Assembly (NCBI GenBank): GCA_963720545.1 | Contig: OY970399.1 | Location: 2,112,001-2,176,000 of the forward strand | DNA length: 64,000 bases | Reading direction: 5' to 3' | Origin: an uncultured Acidobacteriota bacterium | GTDB lineage: Bacteria; Acidobacteriota; Vicinamibacteria; Fen-336 | Made by a program: the position numbers and the translations under genes | The notes under the pieces: model-generated | Database searches by the model: none | Told to the model about the DNA's origin: nothing | What the model saw: only the letters and a program-made list of their open reading frames with translations | Shown: one piece after another, positions 9,954 through 18,419 of the stretch | Position numbering within the stretch: position 1 is the first letter of the stretch | How the letters are laid out: each line of letters starts with the position of its first letter

Positions 9954-10742
9954 CTAGAAAACGCGGAAGGTGACGTTCGCGTTGGCGACGGTCTTGACCG
10001 GCCTGCCGTTCTTGATCGCCGGCGAGAAGATCCATTCCTTGACGCACGAGATCGCCTGGGCGTCGAGCGCCGGAATGGAGCGCAAGACGCGCGCCGCCAC
10101 CACGCGGCCGTCGGCGTCGATCGTGAGCTGCACCAGCACCACGCCCTCGATCTTCTTGACGAAGGCTTCCTGCGAGAAGCGCGGCTGGGTCTGCTTCAGT
10201 ATTTTGGGCGGCCGGTCGAAGTCCATCACCGGGCCGTCGCCGGTGCAGCCGACGCAGCCGTTGGGGTCGCCGCCGACGATGCCGCCCACCTGGCCCGCGT
10301 CGATACCGCCTTCGAGCCCCTGGATGTTGCCGAGGTTGCTGCCGGTCTCGCTGCCGAACTGGTCGGCGGCCGCGACCCGCTCTTCCTTCACCACTTCCTT
10401 CGGCGTTTCCTTCGGCGCCACGAACTCGGGCTTCACCTCGGGCTCTTTCGGCTTCTCGACCGGCTTCTCCGCGACCTTCTTCGGCGCCTCCTCCTTCTTG
10501 CCGAACTCCGAGCCCTTGAGCATCGAGATGGCGGCGGCCGGCGGCGGGTTGAAGATGAGGATGCGCAACGGGTCGGTGGTGTCGGGCAGCTCCTCGTGGG
10601 AGAGAAGTGGAATGATCACCAGTGCCGTCACCGCGATGGTGTGGATGGCCACCGAGCCGATGAACTTCCGCCGGTCGTGCGGCGGCTTGGCGCTGCCCGA
10701 AAGCGGCAGGTCGGTGAACAGCGGCTCTTCGGTGCGGCTCAT
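9954..10742 (-). CDS. tonB: Energy transducer TonB (second paralog)
   Basis: TM SVAIH, PK-rich linker, TonB C-terminal domain (IEGVVLVQLTIDADGRV...WIFSPAIKNG). Confidence 0.9.
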   Translation of the reverse strand: MSRTEEPLFTDLPLSGSAKPPHDRRKFIGSVAIHTIAVTALVIIPLLSHEELPDTTDPLRILIFNPPPAAAISMLKGSEFGKKEEAPKKVAEKPVEKPKEPEVKPEFVAPKETPKEVVKEERVAAADQFGSETGSNLGNIQGLEGGIDAGQVGGIVGGDPNGCVGCTGDGPVMDFDRPPKILKQTQPRFSQEAFVKKIEGVVLVQLTIDADGRVVAARVLRSIPALDAQAISCVKEWIFSPAIKNGRPVKTVANANVTFRVF

Positions 10743-10812
10743 TGTTTCGATGATACTCCGGGCCTAGTGGGCCGGAAGCGGGCTGGGCGCCGCCACGTTT
10801 TTTTGCGCCCGG

Positions 10813-11724
10813 TCAGGCCTTCTGCTTGTCCTGCCGGCTCTGCCACCAGGCGACCAGGGGCGTCGCGACGTACAGGGAAGAGTAGGTTCCCAGCACGATG
10901 CCGACCAGCATGGTGAAGGCGAAACCCCGCATCACGCTGCCGCCGAAGAGGTAGAGGCCGAGGACCACGAGGAAGGTGGTGCCGGCGGTGATGATGGTGC
11001 GCGACAGCGTCTGGTTGAGCGCGTCGTTCAGGATCTTGGGGAAGCTGTCCTTGCGGTGCTGCTTCATGTTCTCCCGCACCCGGTCGAACACCACGATGGT
11101 GTCGTTGACGCTGTAGCCGACGAGCGTCAGCAGCGCGGCGATGACGTTCAGGGTGATTTCGTAGCCGGTCAGCACCAGCACGCCCATCGTCAGCAGCACG
11201 TCGTGGAACACGCCGACGGTGGCGGCGGTGCCCCACTGCGCGCCCTTGAAGCGCACCGCGATATAGATGAGCTGCGCCGCGAGCCCCAGCACCGTCAGCG
11301 TCACCGCGGTGCGGCGCAGCTCGCCGCCCACCACCGGGCCGACGATCTCGCTCGAAGACTCGATCACCGGGTTTTGTGGGTAGGTGCGAGACAGCGCCGC
11401 CAGCACGTTCTGCGCGGGGCCGGTGATCTCGTTGTCGGCGCCGGCCTGCGCGAGGCGGATGAGCACCTGGTTCTTGGCGGGGTCGTCGTAGGTCTGCAGG
11501 ACCGCCTCGGGATCGACGCCCTTCACGGCATTGCGGATCTCGTCGATCGAGGGCGACGACTGGAAACGCGCGATCAGCTGCGTGCCGCCGGAGAATTCGA
11601 CGCCGTACCTGAGGCCGCGCGTCGCCATCAGGCCGATCGCGAGCGCCAGCGCGACCGCGCTGACGGTCAGCCAGAAGCGCGTCTTGCCGATGAAGTCGAA
11701 ATTCGGATTCTTGAGGAGTTCCAT
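10813..11724 (-). CDS. secF: Protein translocase subunit SecF
   Basis: GVEFSGGT; GYSVNDTIVVFDRVREN; QTLSRT; GTYSS. Confidence 0.97.
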   Translation of the reverse strand: MELLKNPNFDFIGKTRFWLTVSAVALALAIGLMATRGLRYGVEFSGGTQLIARFQSSPSIDEIRNAVKGVDPEAVLQTYDDPAKNQVLIRLAQAGADNEITGPAQNVLAALSRTYPQNPVIESSSEIVGPVVGGELRRTAVTLTVLGLAAQLIYIAVRFKGAQWGTAATVGVFHDVLLTMGVLVLTGYEITLNVIAALLTLVGYSVNDTIVVFDRVRENMKQHRKDSFPKILNDALNQTLSRTIITAGTTFLVVLGLYLFGGSVMRGFAFTMLVGIVLGTYSSLYVATPLVAWWQSRQDKQKA

Positions 11725-11739
11725 TATTGGCGACGTTCC

Positions 11740-13386
11740 CTAGATGCTCAGCGTGCTGCCCTGGCGCTGGCCCTGGGTCCAGTCGAACAGGAACTTGCTG
11801 ATGAAGTACGAAGCGAACACGTTGGCGACGAGACCCATGACGAGCGTGACGGCGAAGCCCTTGATGGGGCCGGTGCCGAACTGGAAGAGGAATGCGGCCG
11901 CGATCAGCGCGGTGATGTGGGTGTCGATGATCGTCAGCCAGACGCGCTCGAAGCCGTTGGCGATCGCCGCCTTCACGGTCTTGCCGTTGCGCAGCTCCTC
12001 GCGGATGCGCTCGAAGATCAGCACGTTGGTGTCGACGCCGACGCCGATCGTCAGGATGACGCCGGCGATGCCCGGCAGCGTCAGCGTGGCTCCGGTGTAG
12101 GCCATGACGCCCAGCAGGATGAGGATGTTGGCGGTCAGCGCGACGATCGCGTTCAGTCCCGCGAGCCGGTAGTAGACGAGCATGAACACCGCGAGGAACG
12201 CCATGCCGGCGAGCGAGGCGATGATGCCCGAGCGGATCGAGTCGCGCCCGAGCGACGCGCCGACGTTCAGCTGCTGCAGGTACTTGAGCGTCGCCGGCAG
12301 CGCGCCGGCGCGCAGCACCTTGGCGAGCTCGTCGGCTTCCTGGGTGGAGAAGCTGCCCTGGATGATGCCGTCGGCGCCGATGCGCGAGTTGATGGAGGGC
12401 GCGCTCGAGACCGTGCCGTCGAGGATGATGGCGAGCTGCTTGCCGATGTTGGCGCCGGTGGCGCGGCCGAACTTGTCGGCGCCGGCCGGGTTGAGGGTGA
12501 AGCCGACGGCCGGGCGGTTCTGCTGGTCCACCGTGACGCGTGCGCCGCGCAGGTCGCGGCCGGTGACCACCGCCTCGCGCTGCACCATATAGAAGATGGG
12601 TTCGCCGGCCGACACGCCCTGACCCTGCACCACCTCCATGTTGTCGGGGATGCGGCCCTGGTGCGCCGCCAGCAGCGCCTCGCGGGTGGGCGCAGAATCG
12701 GCCACCATCTTGAGCGTCAGCTGCGCGGTCGTCTTGATGATGCGCTTGGCGGCCTCGATGTCGTTGACGCCCGGCAGCTGCACCAGGATCTGGTCGCCGC
12801 CCTGACCGTGGCGGGCGATCACCGGCTCGGCCACGCCCAGCTGGTTGATGCGCCGCTCCAGCGTCTTGATCGCCTCGTCGACCGTCTGCTCCTTGACGCG
12901 GCGCACCTCGGCGTCGGTGAGCGCCACCTCGAAGCGTCCCTCGGACGGCTCGCGGATCTCCCAGCCGGTGCGGAAGTAGTCGCGCAGGATGTCGCGCGCG
13001 TCCTTGACGCGCACCGGATCGACGCCCTCGATGCGGAAGCGGGTCGGGTCGACGCGCTCCACGGTCGCGACCGTGATGCCGCGGTCGCCGATGCGGTTGC
13101 GCGAGTTCTGCACCGCGTCGTCGATGGTCGCGTTCAGGGCGTCGTCCGTCACCACCCGCAGCACCAGGTGGATGCCGCCGCGCAGGTCGAGGCCGAGATG
13201 CAGCTTGCCCGGCACGCCGTCCCTTTCATAAGGAGGCCAGAACGCGACAAAGCTCGCGATCAGGATCGCGGCATAGCAGATGGCGCGCACCCGCAGCTCG
13301 GGGCGCATGAACGCATAGGCGAGTCCGGCGACCGCGGCGGTCAGGACCAGCCACAGCACGATTGGGTTCTGGAGCGCGACAGGCAT
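11740..13386 (-). CDS. secD: Protein translocase subunit SecD
   Basis: LHLGLDLRGG; LRAGALPA; LTLPGIAG; DTNVLIFERIREE; GPIKGFAVTL. Confidence 0.97.
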   Translation of the reverse strand: MPVALQNPIVLWLVLTAAVAGLAYAFMRPELRVRAICYAAILIASFVAFWPPYERDGVPGKLHLGLDLRGGIHLVLRVVTDDALNATIDDAVQNSRNRIGDRGITVATVERVDPTRFRIEGVDPVRVKDARDILRDYFRTGWEIREPSEGRFEVALTDAEVRRVKEQTVDEAIKTLERRINQLGVAEPVIARHGQGGDQILVQLPGVNDIEAAKRIIKTTAQLTLKMVADSAPTREALLAAHQGRIPDNMEVVQGQGVSAGEPIFYMVQREAVVTGRDLRGARVTVDQQNRPAVGFTLNPAGADKFGRATGANIGKQLAIILDGTVSSAPSINSRIGADGIIQGSFSTQEADELAKVLRAGALPATLKYLQQLNVGASLGRDSIRSGIIASLAGMAFLAVFMLVYYRLAGLNAIVALTANILILLGVMAYTGATLTLPGIAGVILTIGVGVDTNVLIFERIREELRNGKTVKAAIANGFERVWLTIIDTHITALIAAAFLFQFGTGPIKGFAVTLVMGLVANVFASYFISKFLFDWTQGQRQGSTLSI

Positions 13387-13391
13387 GGCGC

Positions 13392-13661
13392 TTACTTCTC
13401 TCCTTGGGGGCCCAGAAGCTGGGCGACGGCGGTCTTCAGGATGCGCACCCTGGTCTTTTCGTCGAGGCGCACGTCGAGCGAATCGTCGTGGATCGCGGCC
13501 ACGGTTGCGTAGATGCCAGGGTTCATGATGATGCGGTCGCCGGGCTTCAGCGCCTTCACCGTCTCTTCGAGCTTCTTCTGCCGGTTGCGCATCGGCATGA
13601 TGAGCACGAAGTAGATGATGGCGAACATGCCGAGCGGCAGCAGGAGTTGTGGATCGAACAT
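13392..13661 (-). CDS. yajC: Preprotein translocase subunit YajC
   Basis: IYFVLIMPMRNRQKK...LKPGDRII; located between tgt and secD. Confidence 0.95.
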   Translation of the reverse strand: MFDPQLLLPLGMFAIIYFVLIMPMRNRQKKLEETVKALKPGDRIIMNPGIYATVAAIHDDSLDVRLDEKTRVRILKTAVAQLLGPQGEK

Positions 13662-13712
13662 CGTTTCGCCTGTACCTTCGTTAACCGCAGCGTGATGGGT
13701 TTTGGCGGCTTG

Positions 13713-14834
13713 TCAGTCGTTCTCGTCCGCCGCGCGGGCCGCCAGAGACTCCAGGCTTTTTTCCCTGAACTGCCTGAATTGACCCAGCCGGATACTTTGC
13801 CCGATGGCCCTCAGGGTGTCAAGGTAATGGGCCAGGTTGTGGATGGTCATGAGGATCGCGGCGCCCATCTCTCCGGCCATGTGCAGGTGGCGCAGGTAGG
13901 CGCGGCTCGCGGTGCGGCAGGTGAGGCAGGCGCAGCGCGCGTCGGGCGGCCGCGGGTCGTCGCGGTAGCGCGCGTTGCGAATCGAGATGCGCCCCGCCGA
14001 GGTGAACAGCTGGCCGTTGCGGCCGTTGCGCGTCGGCAGCACGCAGTCGAACATGTCGACGCCGCGCGCGACCGCGTCGAAGATGTCCTGCGGCGTGCCG
14101 ACGCCCATCAGGTAGCGGGGCCGCTCCTCGGGCAGCAGCGGGTCGAGGAGCGACAGCACGCGGCGCATGTCCTCCTTCGGCTCGCCCACCGACAAGCCGC
14201 CGATCGCATGGCCTGAAAAGCCGATGCCGCTCACCTGGCGGGCGCTGCGCTCGCGCAGGTCGTCGTGCACTCCGCCCTGCACGATGCCGAACAGCCACTG
14301 GTCCGGGCGCGTGTGCGCACGCGCCGAGCGCTCCGCCCAGCGTGCGGTGCGCTCGGTGGCCGACGCCACCTCCGCGCGCTCCGCCGGATACGGCGGGCAT
14401 TCGTCGAACGCCATGACGATGTCGGCGCCGAGCTGCATCTGCACGTCCATCGAGCTCTCGGGCGAGAGATGGTGGCGCGAGCCGTCGAGGTGGCTCTGGA
14501 ACCAGACGCCGGCGTCGTCGAGGGTGCGCAGTTCACGCAGGCTCATCACCTGGTAGCCGCCGCTGTCGGTGAGGAACGGCTTGCGCCACGGCGTGAAGCC
14601 GTGCAACCCACCCAGGCTGGCGACGAGCGGCGCACCCGGGCGCAGCATCAGGTGATAGGTGTTCGCGAGGATCACCTGAGCGCCGAGTTCGTGAAGGTCG
14701 CGGTGCGTTACGGCCTTCACGGCAGCGGCGGTGCCGACCGGCATGAACACCGGCGTCTCGATGTCGCCGTGCGGCGTTTTCAGGATGCCGGCGCGCGCGC
14801 GGCCGTCCCGGGCGAGCACCTCGAAGGAGAACAT
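13713..14834 (-). CDS. tgt: tRNA-guanine transglycosylase
   Basis: Start MFSFEVLARDG (ATG 14834); ETPVFMPVGT, LTDSGGYQV, GIVQGG, DMFDCVLPTRNGRNG, CACLTC zinc site. Confidence 0.97.
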   Translation of the reverse strand: MFSFEVLARDGRARAGILKTPHGDIETPVFMPVGTAAAVKAVTHRDLHELGAQVILANTYHLMLRPGAPLVASLGGLHGFTPWRKPFLTDSGGYQVMSLRELRTLDDAGVWFQSHLDGSRHHLSPESSMDVQMQLGADIVMAFDECPPYPAERAEVASATERTARWAERSARAHTRPDQWLFGIVQGGVHDDLRERSARQVSGIGFSGHAIGGLSVGEPKEDMRRVLSLLDPLLPEERPRYLMGVGTPQDIFDAVARGVDMFDCVLPTRNGRNGQLFTSAGRISIRNARYRDDPRPPDARCACLTCRTASRAYLRHLHMAGEMGAAILMTIHNLAHYLDTLRAIGQSIRLGQFRQFREKSLESLAARAADEND

Positions 14835-15063
14835 CGGTGGGTGCCGGATTTTAGCCGCTCGCCCGGGCGCCACTATCAAACGTTGTATACAAGGCATTTG
14901 TCCGCGCGGCATTCGCGGCGTCCGGCGCCTGCCGCGCAGCCGCTGCGCGCCTGGCCGCGCCGATATCGATTTCAACCAGCATCCATGCGGTCCGGCGCGG
15001 ATCCAGCGCTTTTCTTCCACAGCCTAAGTTGTGTGCGCTCTTTCACCTCGGGCGGAGCGGACG

Positions 15064-15103
15064 CAAAAAAAGGCTTGACAGGGTATGGGGCGCTCCCTAC
15101 CCT
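15064..15103 (+). promoter_or_regulatory. Strong sigma70 promoter with A-tract UP element
   Basis: A-tract, TTGACA 15075-15080, 17-nt spacer, TACCCT 15098-15103. Confidence 0.75.
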
Positions 15104-15198
15104 ACCGCTAGTATGCCAAGAGCGCAGTCACCCGATAGGTTGTTTCGGTCGGATTGTGCGGCGCCCTTGAGTTCGCGTCCGAAAGGGGGGATCTAACA

Positions 15199-15252
15199 AT
15201 GGCGGCGAAGAAGAAGGCGGCGAAGAAGAAGGCCACGAAGAAGAAGAAGTAG
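15199..15252 (+). CDS. 17-aa Lys/Ala-rich micropeptide MAAKKKAAKKKATKKKK
   Basis: ATG 15199 to TAG 15252; SD AAAGGGGGGAT 6 nt upstream; downstream of the promoter; duplicated at 15389. Confidence 0.75.
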   Translation: MAAKKKAAKKKATKKKK

Positions 15253-15388
15253 TCGTCTTTGAAGAGGCGGCGGGCTTGCCTTCAAGCCGCACCCTGGGTT
15301 AGCCCGCAGCCCGATCTTCACCGATGGCTTTGATGCCGCAGCCGTTGAGATCTTTCGTTTTTCGGATCCGAGAGGGGTGATGAAACCA

Positions 15389-15442
15389 ATGGCAGCCAAG
15401 AAGAAGGCCGCAAAGAAGAAGGCCACGAAGAAGAAGCGCTAG
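15389..15442 (+). CDS. 17-aa Lys/Ala-rich micropeptide MAAKKKAAKKKATKKKR
   Basis: ATG 15389 to TAG 15442; SD GAGGGGTGAT upstream; differs from copy 1 by synonymous Ala codon changes plus K17R. Confidence 0.75.
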   Translation: MAAKKKAAKKKATKKKR

Positions 15443-15464
15443 TTGGCTTCAGAAACGTGAGTAC

Positions 15465-15502
15465 AGGGGGTGGGGACGTTTCTCTCGCCCCCTCATTTTT
15501 TT
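15465..15502 (+). terminator. Rho-independent terminator
   Basis: AGGGGGTGGGG...TCTCGCCCCCT stem followed by CATTTTTTT, between micropeptide 2 and the convergent HAD gene. Confidence 0.8.
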
Positions 15503-15508
15503 GCCGGC

Positions 15509-16345
15509 CTAGGCCGGCTGCAGGACGTAGCGCTCGACGGCGACGGCGACCCCGTCGTCGTCACTCCCCGGCAGCACCTCGAAGCCGGCGGCCAGCAGGC
15601 CCTTTTCGGCGGTTCCCATGACGAGCCCGCGGCCCGCCGCCTGCAGCATCTCGAGGTCGTTCCAGTTGTCGCCGATCGCGAGCACCTGCTCGCGCCGCAC
15701 ACCGTGGCGCGCGCACAGCGACAGCAGCGCCTCGCCCTTCGACACCCCGGGGCGCAGCACGTCGATGAACGCGCAGCCGAGGTGTGGGTACACGGTGCGC
15801 GTCGCGAACACCTCGTCGCCGAGCGCCGCGCCGATGCGTGGAAACAAGTCGGCCATCGGCAGCAGCGCGCCGCCGAACATCACCTGCACCGGATCGCCCG
15901 GATAGTCGCGCGTCAGGTCGGAAACCACGCGCACCCCGTCGCGCGAATGACCAAGGTAGCGCGCCAGCGATTCGTGCACGCTGCGCGCACCCTCGACGTA
16001 GAGGAGACCTTCGCCGCGTGCGCCCCAGTGCACCACCGGGTCGGCATCGAGGCGCCGTCCCAGCTCGATGACCCGTGCCGCGGTCGCGCGCGGCAGCGCT
16101 CGGCAGAGGATGACGGCGCCGTCTTCCACCACCAGCGCGCCGTTGTGGAGGATGAGCGGCACGTCGAGGCCGAGGGCGTCCGCCACCTGCCGCGCCGAGG
16201 GATGGCGCCGGCCGGTGACGAGGGCGATGCGCACGCCGCGGCGCGCGGCCGCGTGCAGTGCGGCGCGCGTCCTGGGCGTGATGGTCTTGGCCGTCGTGAG
16301 CAGCGTGCCGTCGATGTCGAGCGCCACCAGCGCGACCGGGTCCAT
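15509..16345 (-). CDS. Cof-type HAD-IIB hydrolase
   Basis: ALDIDGTLL, VTGRR, HNGALV, VSKGEAL, AIGDNWNDLEML; ATG 16345. Confidence 0.93.
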   Translation of the reverse strand: MDPVALVALDIDGTLLTTAKTITPRTRAALHAAARRGVRIALVTGRRHPSARQVADALGLDVPLILHNGALVVEDGAVILCRALPRATAARVIELGRRLDADPVVHWGARGEGLLYVEGARSVHESLARYLGHSRDGVRVVSDLTRDYPGDPVQVMFGGALLPMADLFPRIGAALGDEVFATRTVYPHLGCAFIDVLRPGVSKGEALLSLCARHGVRREQVLAIGDNWNDLEMLQAAGRGLVMGTAEKGLLAAGFEVLPGSDDDGVAVAVERYVLQPA

Positions 16346-16370
16346 GCTGTCTTTCCTGTGCCGGCGCCGG

Positions 16371-18419
16371 TCAGCGGCCGTCGACGATGTCGATGCGCTC
16401 GATGACGTCGCCGGGCTCGATGCGGTCGACGACGTCCATGCCCTGCGCGACGAAGCCGAAGAGGGCGTAGGCGCCATCGAGGTGCGGCGTCGGCACGTGC
16501 GTGATGAAGAACTGGCTGCCGCCCGTGTCCTTGCCCGAGAGCGCCATGCCCACCGAGCCGCGGCGATAGGCGCGCGGGCTGAGCTCGCAGCGCAGCATGG
16601 TGCCGGCACCCGGGCTGCCGTTGCCGTCGCCGCGCGGACAGCCGCCCTGGATGACGAAGCCCGGCACCACGCGGTGCAAGGTCAGGCCGTCGTAGAAGCC
16701 GCGGCGCGCCAGTGCCATGAAGGACGCGCTGGTGAGCGGTGCGTCCACCACGTCGAGGCGGATCTCGATGGTGCCGCGGCGGGTGCGCACATAGGCGCGC
16801 GGCGTGAAGAGCGGCGCATCGCTGCGCTGCTCGTAGATGCCGAGCGCCTGGCGGTAGTCGAGGAACGGGCGCGTGACGTTCTCGGGGCCGAGGTCGATGG
16901 GCTCGTCGTCGCCGCGCGCGTGCAGCGCGGCGAGCGCGCGCGCACGCACCACGCGCAGCGGATCGGTGCGCGCGATGTCCTTGATCGCGGCCAGCGCCGC
17001 CGCGTCGTCCTGCGCCGCCAGCGCCTTGATCAGCGCGAAACGCGCGTCGGGATCGGCGTCCTGGAGCGAAGCCTTGTAAGCCGCGTCCAGTGCTTCCGTC
17101 TGGCCCTGCGCCTTCAGCTCTGCGAGCCCCTCGGCGGCCGCGGCGCGCACCGCGAAGTCGGGATCGGCAAGCCGCGACAGGAGTGCCGGCAAGGCCCCTG
17201 CGCCACGCGCGGTGCGCAGCGCCTCGAGCACCGCCGGGATGACGCGCGGCTCCTCGTCGCGCAGCATGCGGTCGAGGATCTCGGACGAGGCGCGGTCGGA
17301 GGCGATGCCGAGGGCCGCCGCGATCTGTGCCCGCACCCAGAACACGGGTTCGGGGTCGAGCCCCGACAACACCAGCGAGAACGCCTCGCCGTCGGTGCGC
17401 GCGAGCGCCGGGAATGCCGCGGAACGGATCCACGGGTCGGCATTGGCGAGATACGGAAAGACCGCGCCTTGCACCGACTTGTCGCCCGGAAGCGCCGCGA
17501 TGGCGCGCAGCGCCTCGTACTTCACCACCGGATTCTCCGACTCGAGAGCGCGCACGGCAGGCGCCACCGCCGCGGCGGCTCCGCTCAGGCCAAGGCCGCG
17601 CAGCGCGGCAACCGCGACGTTCGCGTCGGCGGCGCGCGTCAACTCCGCCAGGCGGGGGACGTCAGCCGGATCCTTGAGTGCCCCGAGGCCGCGCGCCGCG
17701 AACGCCCGGCACAACGGATCGCTCGAGCCGAGCGCCGTTCGCAGGACGGGCGCCAGCTCGGGCTTCTCGATGCGCATCGCAGTCCAGGCGGCGGCCCACC
17801 AGTCGAAGCGCGGCGCGCCGCTCGCCGCATCGATGAGCGCCGTGGCCGCGGCCGGCCCGTCCTTGAGGCGCGCCAGCGCATAGAGCATCAGCTGCGCCGC
17901 ACCCCACTCCGCGTCGGCGGGCGAGCCGTCGTCATCGGCGCCGCCGCGCACCACGATCGGCAGCGGCCGCGAGCCGGTGCTCGCCACCAGCGCCGCGGCG
18001 ATGGCCGCGGCATCGCCTGCATCGCCCAGGCGCCCAAGCGCCTCGGCGGCGCGCCCGCGCACCAGCGCATCCTGCCCGGTGGCGCCAAGCGCCGTGCGCA
18101 GCGCCGGCGCCGCCGCGGGATCGGCGACGAGCCCGAGGGCAAACGCGGCGGTGCGGCGGACCTCGGTGTCGGGATCGCCGAGCAGCTTGGCGAGCGCACC
18201 CGTGATCTCGTGCTCACCAATGCGGCCGGCGGCGAGCGCCGCGCGGCGGCGCACCGAGCGGTCGGGATCGGCGAGCAGCGCCGCAAGCGTGACGCTGCCT
18301 TCGCCGAGCGAGCGGCGATCCTCGAGGACGGCCACGCGCGCGAGCCGCGTCGAACGCGGTGCCAGGGGCGCTTGTGCCTTGGCGGCGAGCAGCAGCGCTA
18401 ACGCGAAGCCGGGCGTCAA
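16371..18419 (-). CDS. HEAT-repeat protein with C-terminal cyclophilin-type peptidyl-prolyl isomerase
   Basis: Signal peptide; repeated DPDxxVRRxAAxALG HEAT units; FYDGLTLHRVVPGFVIQGGCPRGDG, GKDTGGSQFFITH, HLDGAYALFG. Confidence 0.92.
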   Translation of the reverse strand: MTPGFALALLLAAKAQAPLAPRSTRLARVAVLEDRRSLGEGSVTLAALLADPDRSVRRRAALAAGRIGEHEITGALAKLLGDPDTEVRRTAAFALGLVADPAAAPALRTALGATGQDALVRGRAAEALGRLGDAGDAAAIAAALVASTGSRPLPIVVRGGADDDGSPADAEWGAAQLMLYALARLKDGPAAATALIDAASGAPRFDWWAAAWTAMRIEKPELAPVLRTALGSSDPLCRAFAARGLGALKDPADVPRLAELTRAADANVAVAALRGLGLSGAAAAVAPAVRALESENPVVKYEALRAIAALPGDKSVQGAVFPYLANADPWIRSAAFPALARTDGEAFSLVLSGLDPEPVFWVRAQIAAALGIASDRASSEILDRMLRDEEPRVIPAVLEALRTARGAGALPALLSRLADPDFAVRAAAAEGLAELKAQGQTEALDAAYKASLQDADPDARFALIKALAAQDDAAALAAIKDIARTDPLRVVRARALAALHARGDDEPIDLGPENVTRPFLDYRQALGIYEQRSDAPLFTPRAYVRTRRGTIEIRLDVVDAPLTSASFMALARRGFYDGLTLHRVVPGFVIQGGCPRGDGNGSPGAGTMLRCELSPRAYRRGSVGMALSGKDTGGSQFFITHVPTPHLDGAYALFGFVAQGMDVVDRIEPGDVIERIDIVDGR

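Noticed and set aside
14835..15020. N-terminal extension of Tgt in the ORF track
   Set aside because: Family homology begins at MFSFEV (14834); the upstream region contains promoter-like elements
15030..15075. c-di-GMP-I riboswitch suggested by GGACGCAAAA
   Set aside because: Upstream GCAAA/GNRA P2 elements are missing; the A-tract is better explained as the promoter UP element
15193..15426. 77-aa minus-strand ORF (MAFFFAAFF...)
   Set aside because: Antisense of the Lys-rich micro-ORFs; promoter, SD sites and terminator all support the plus strand
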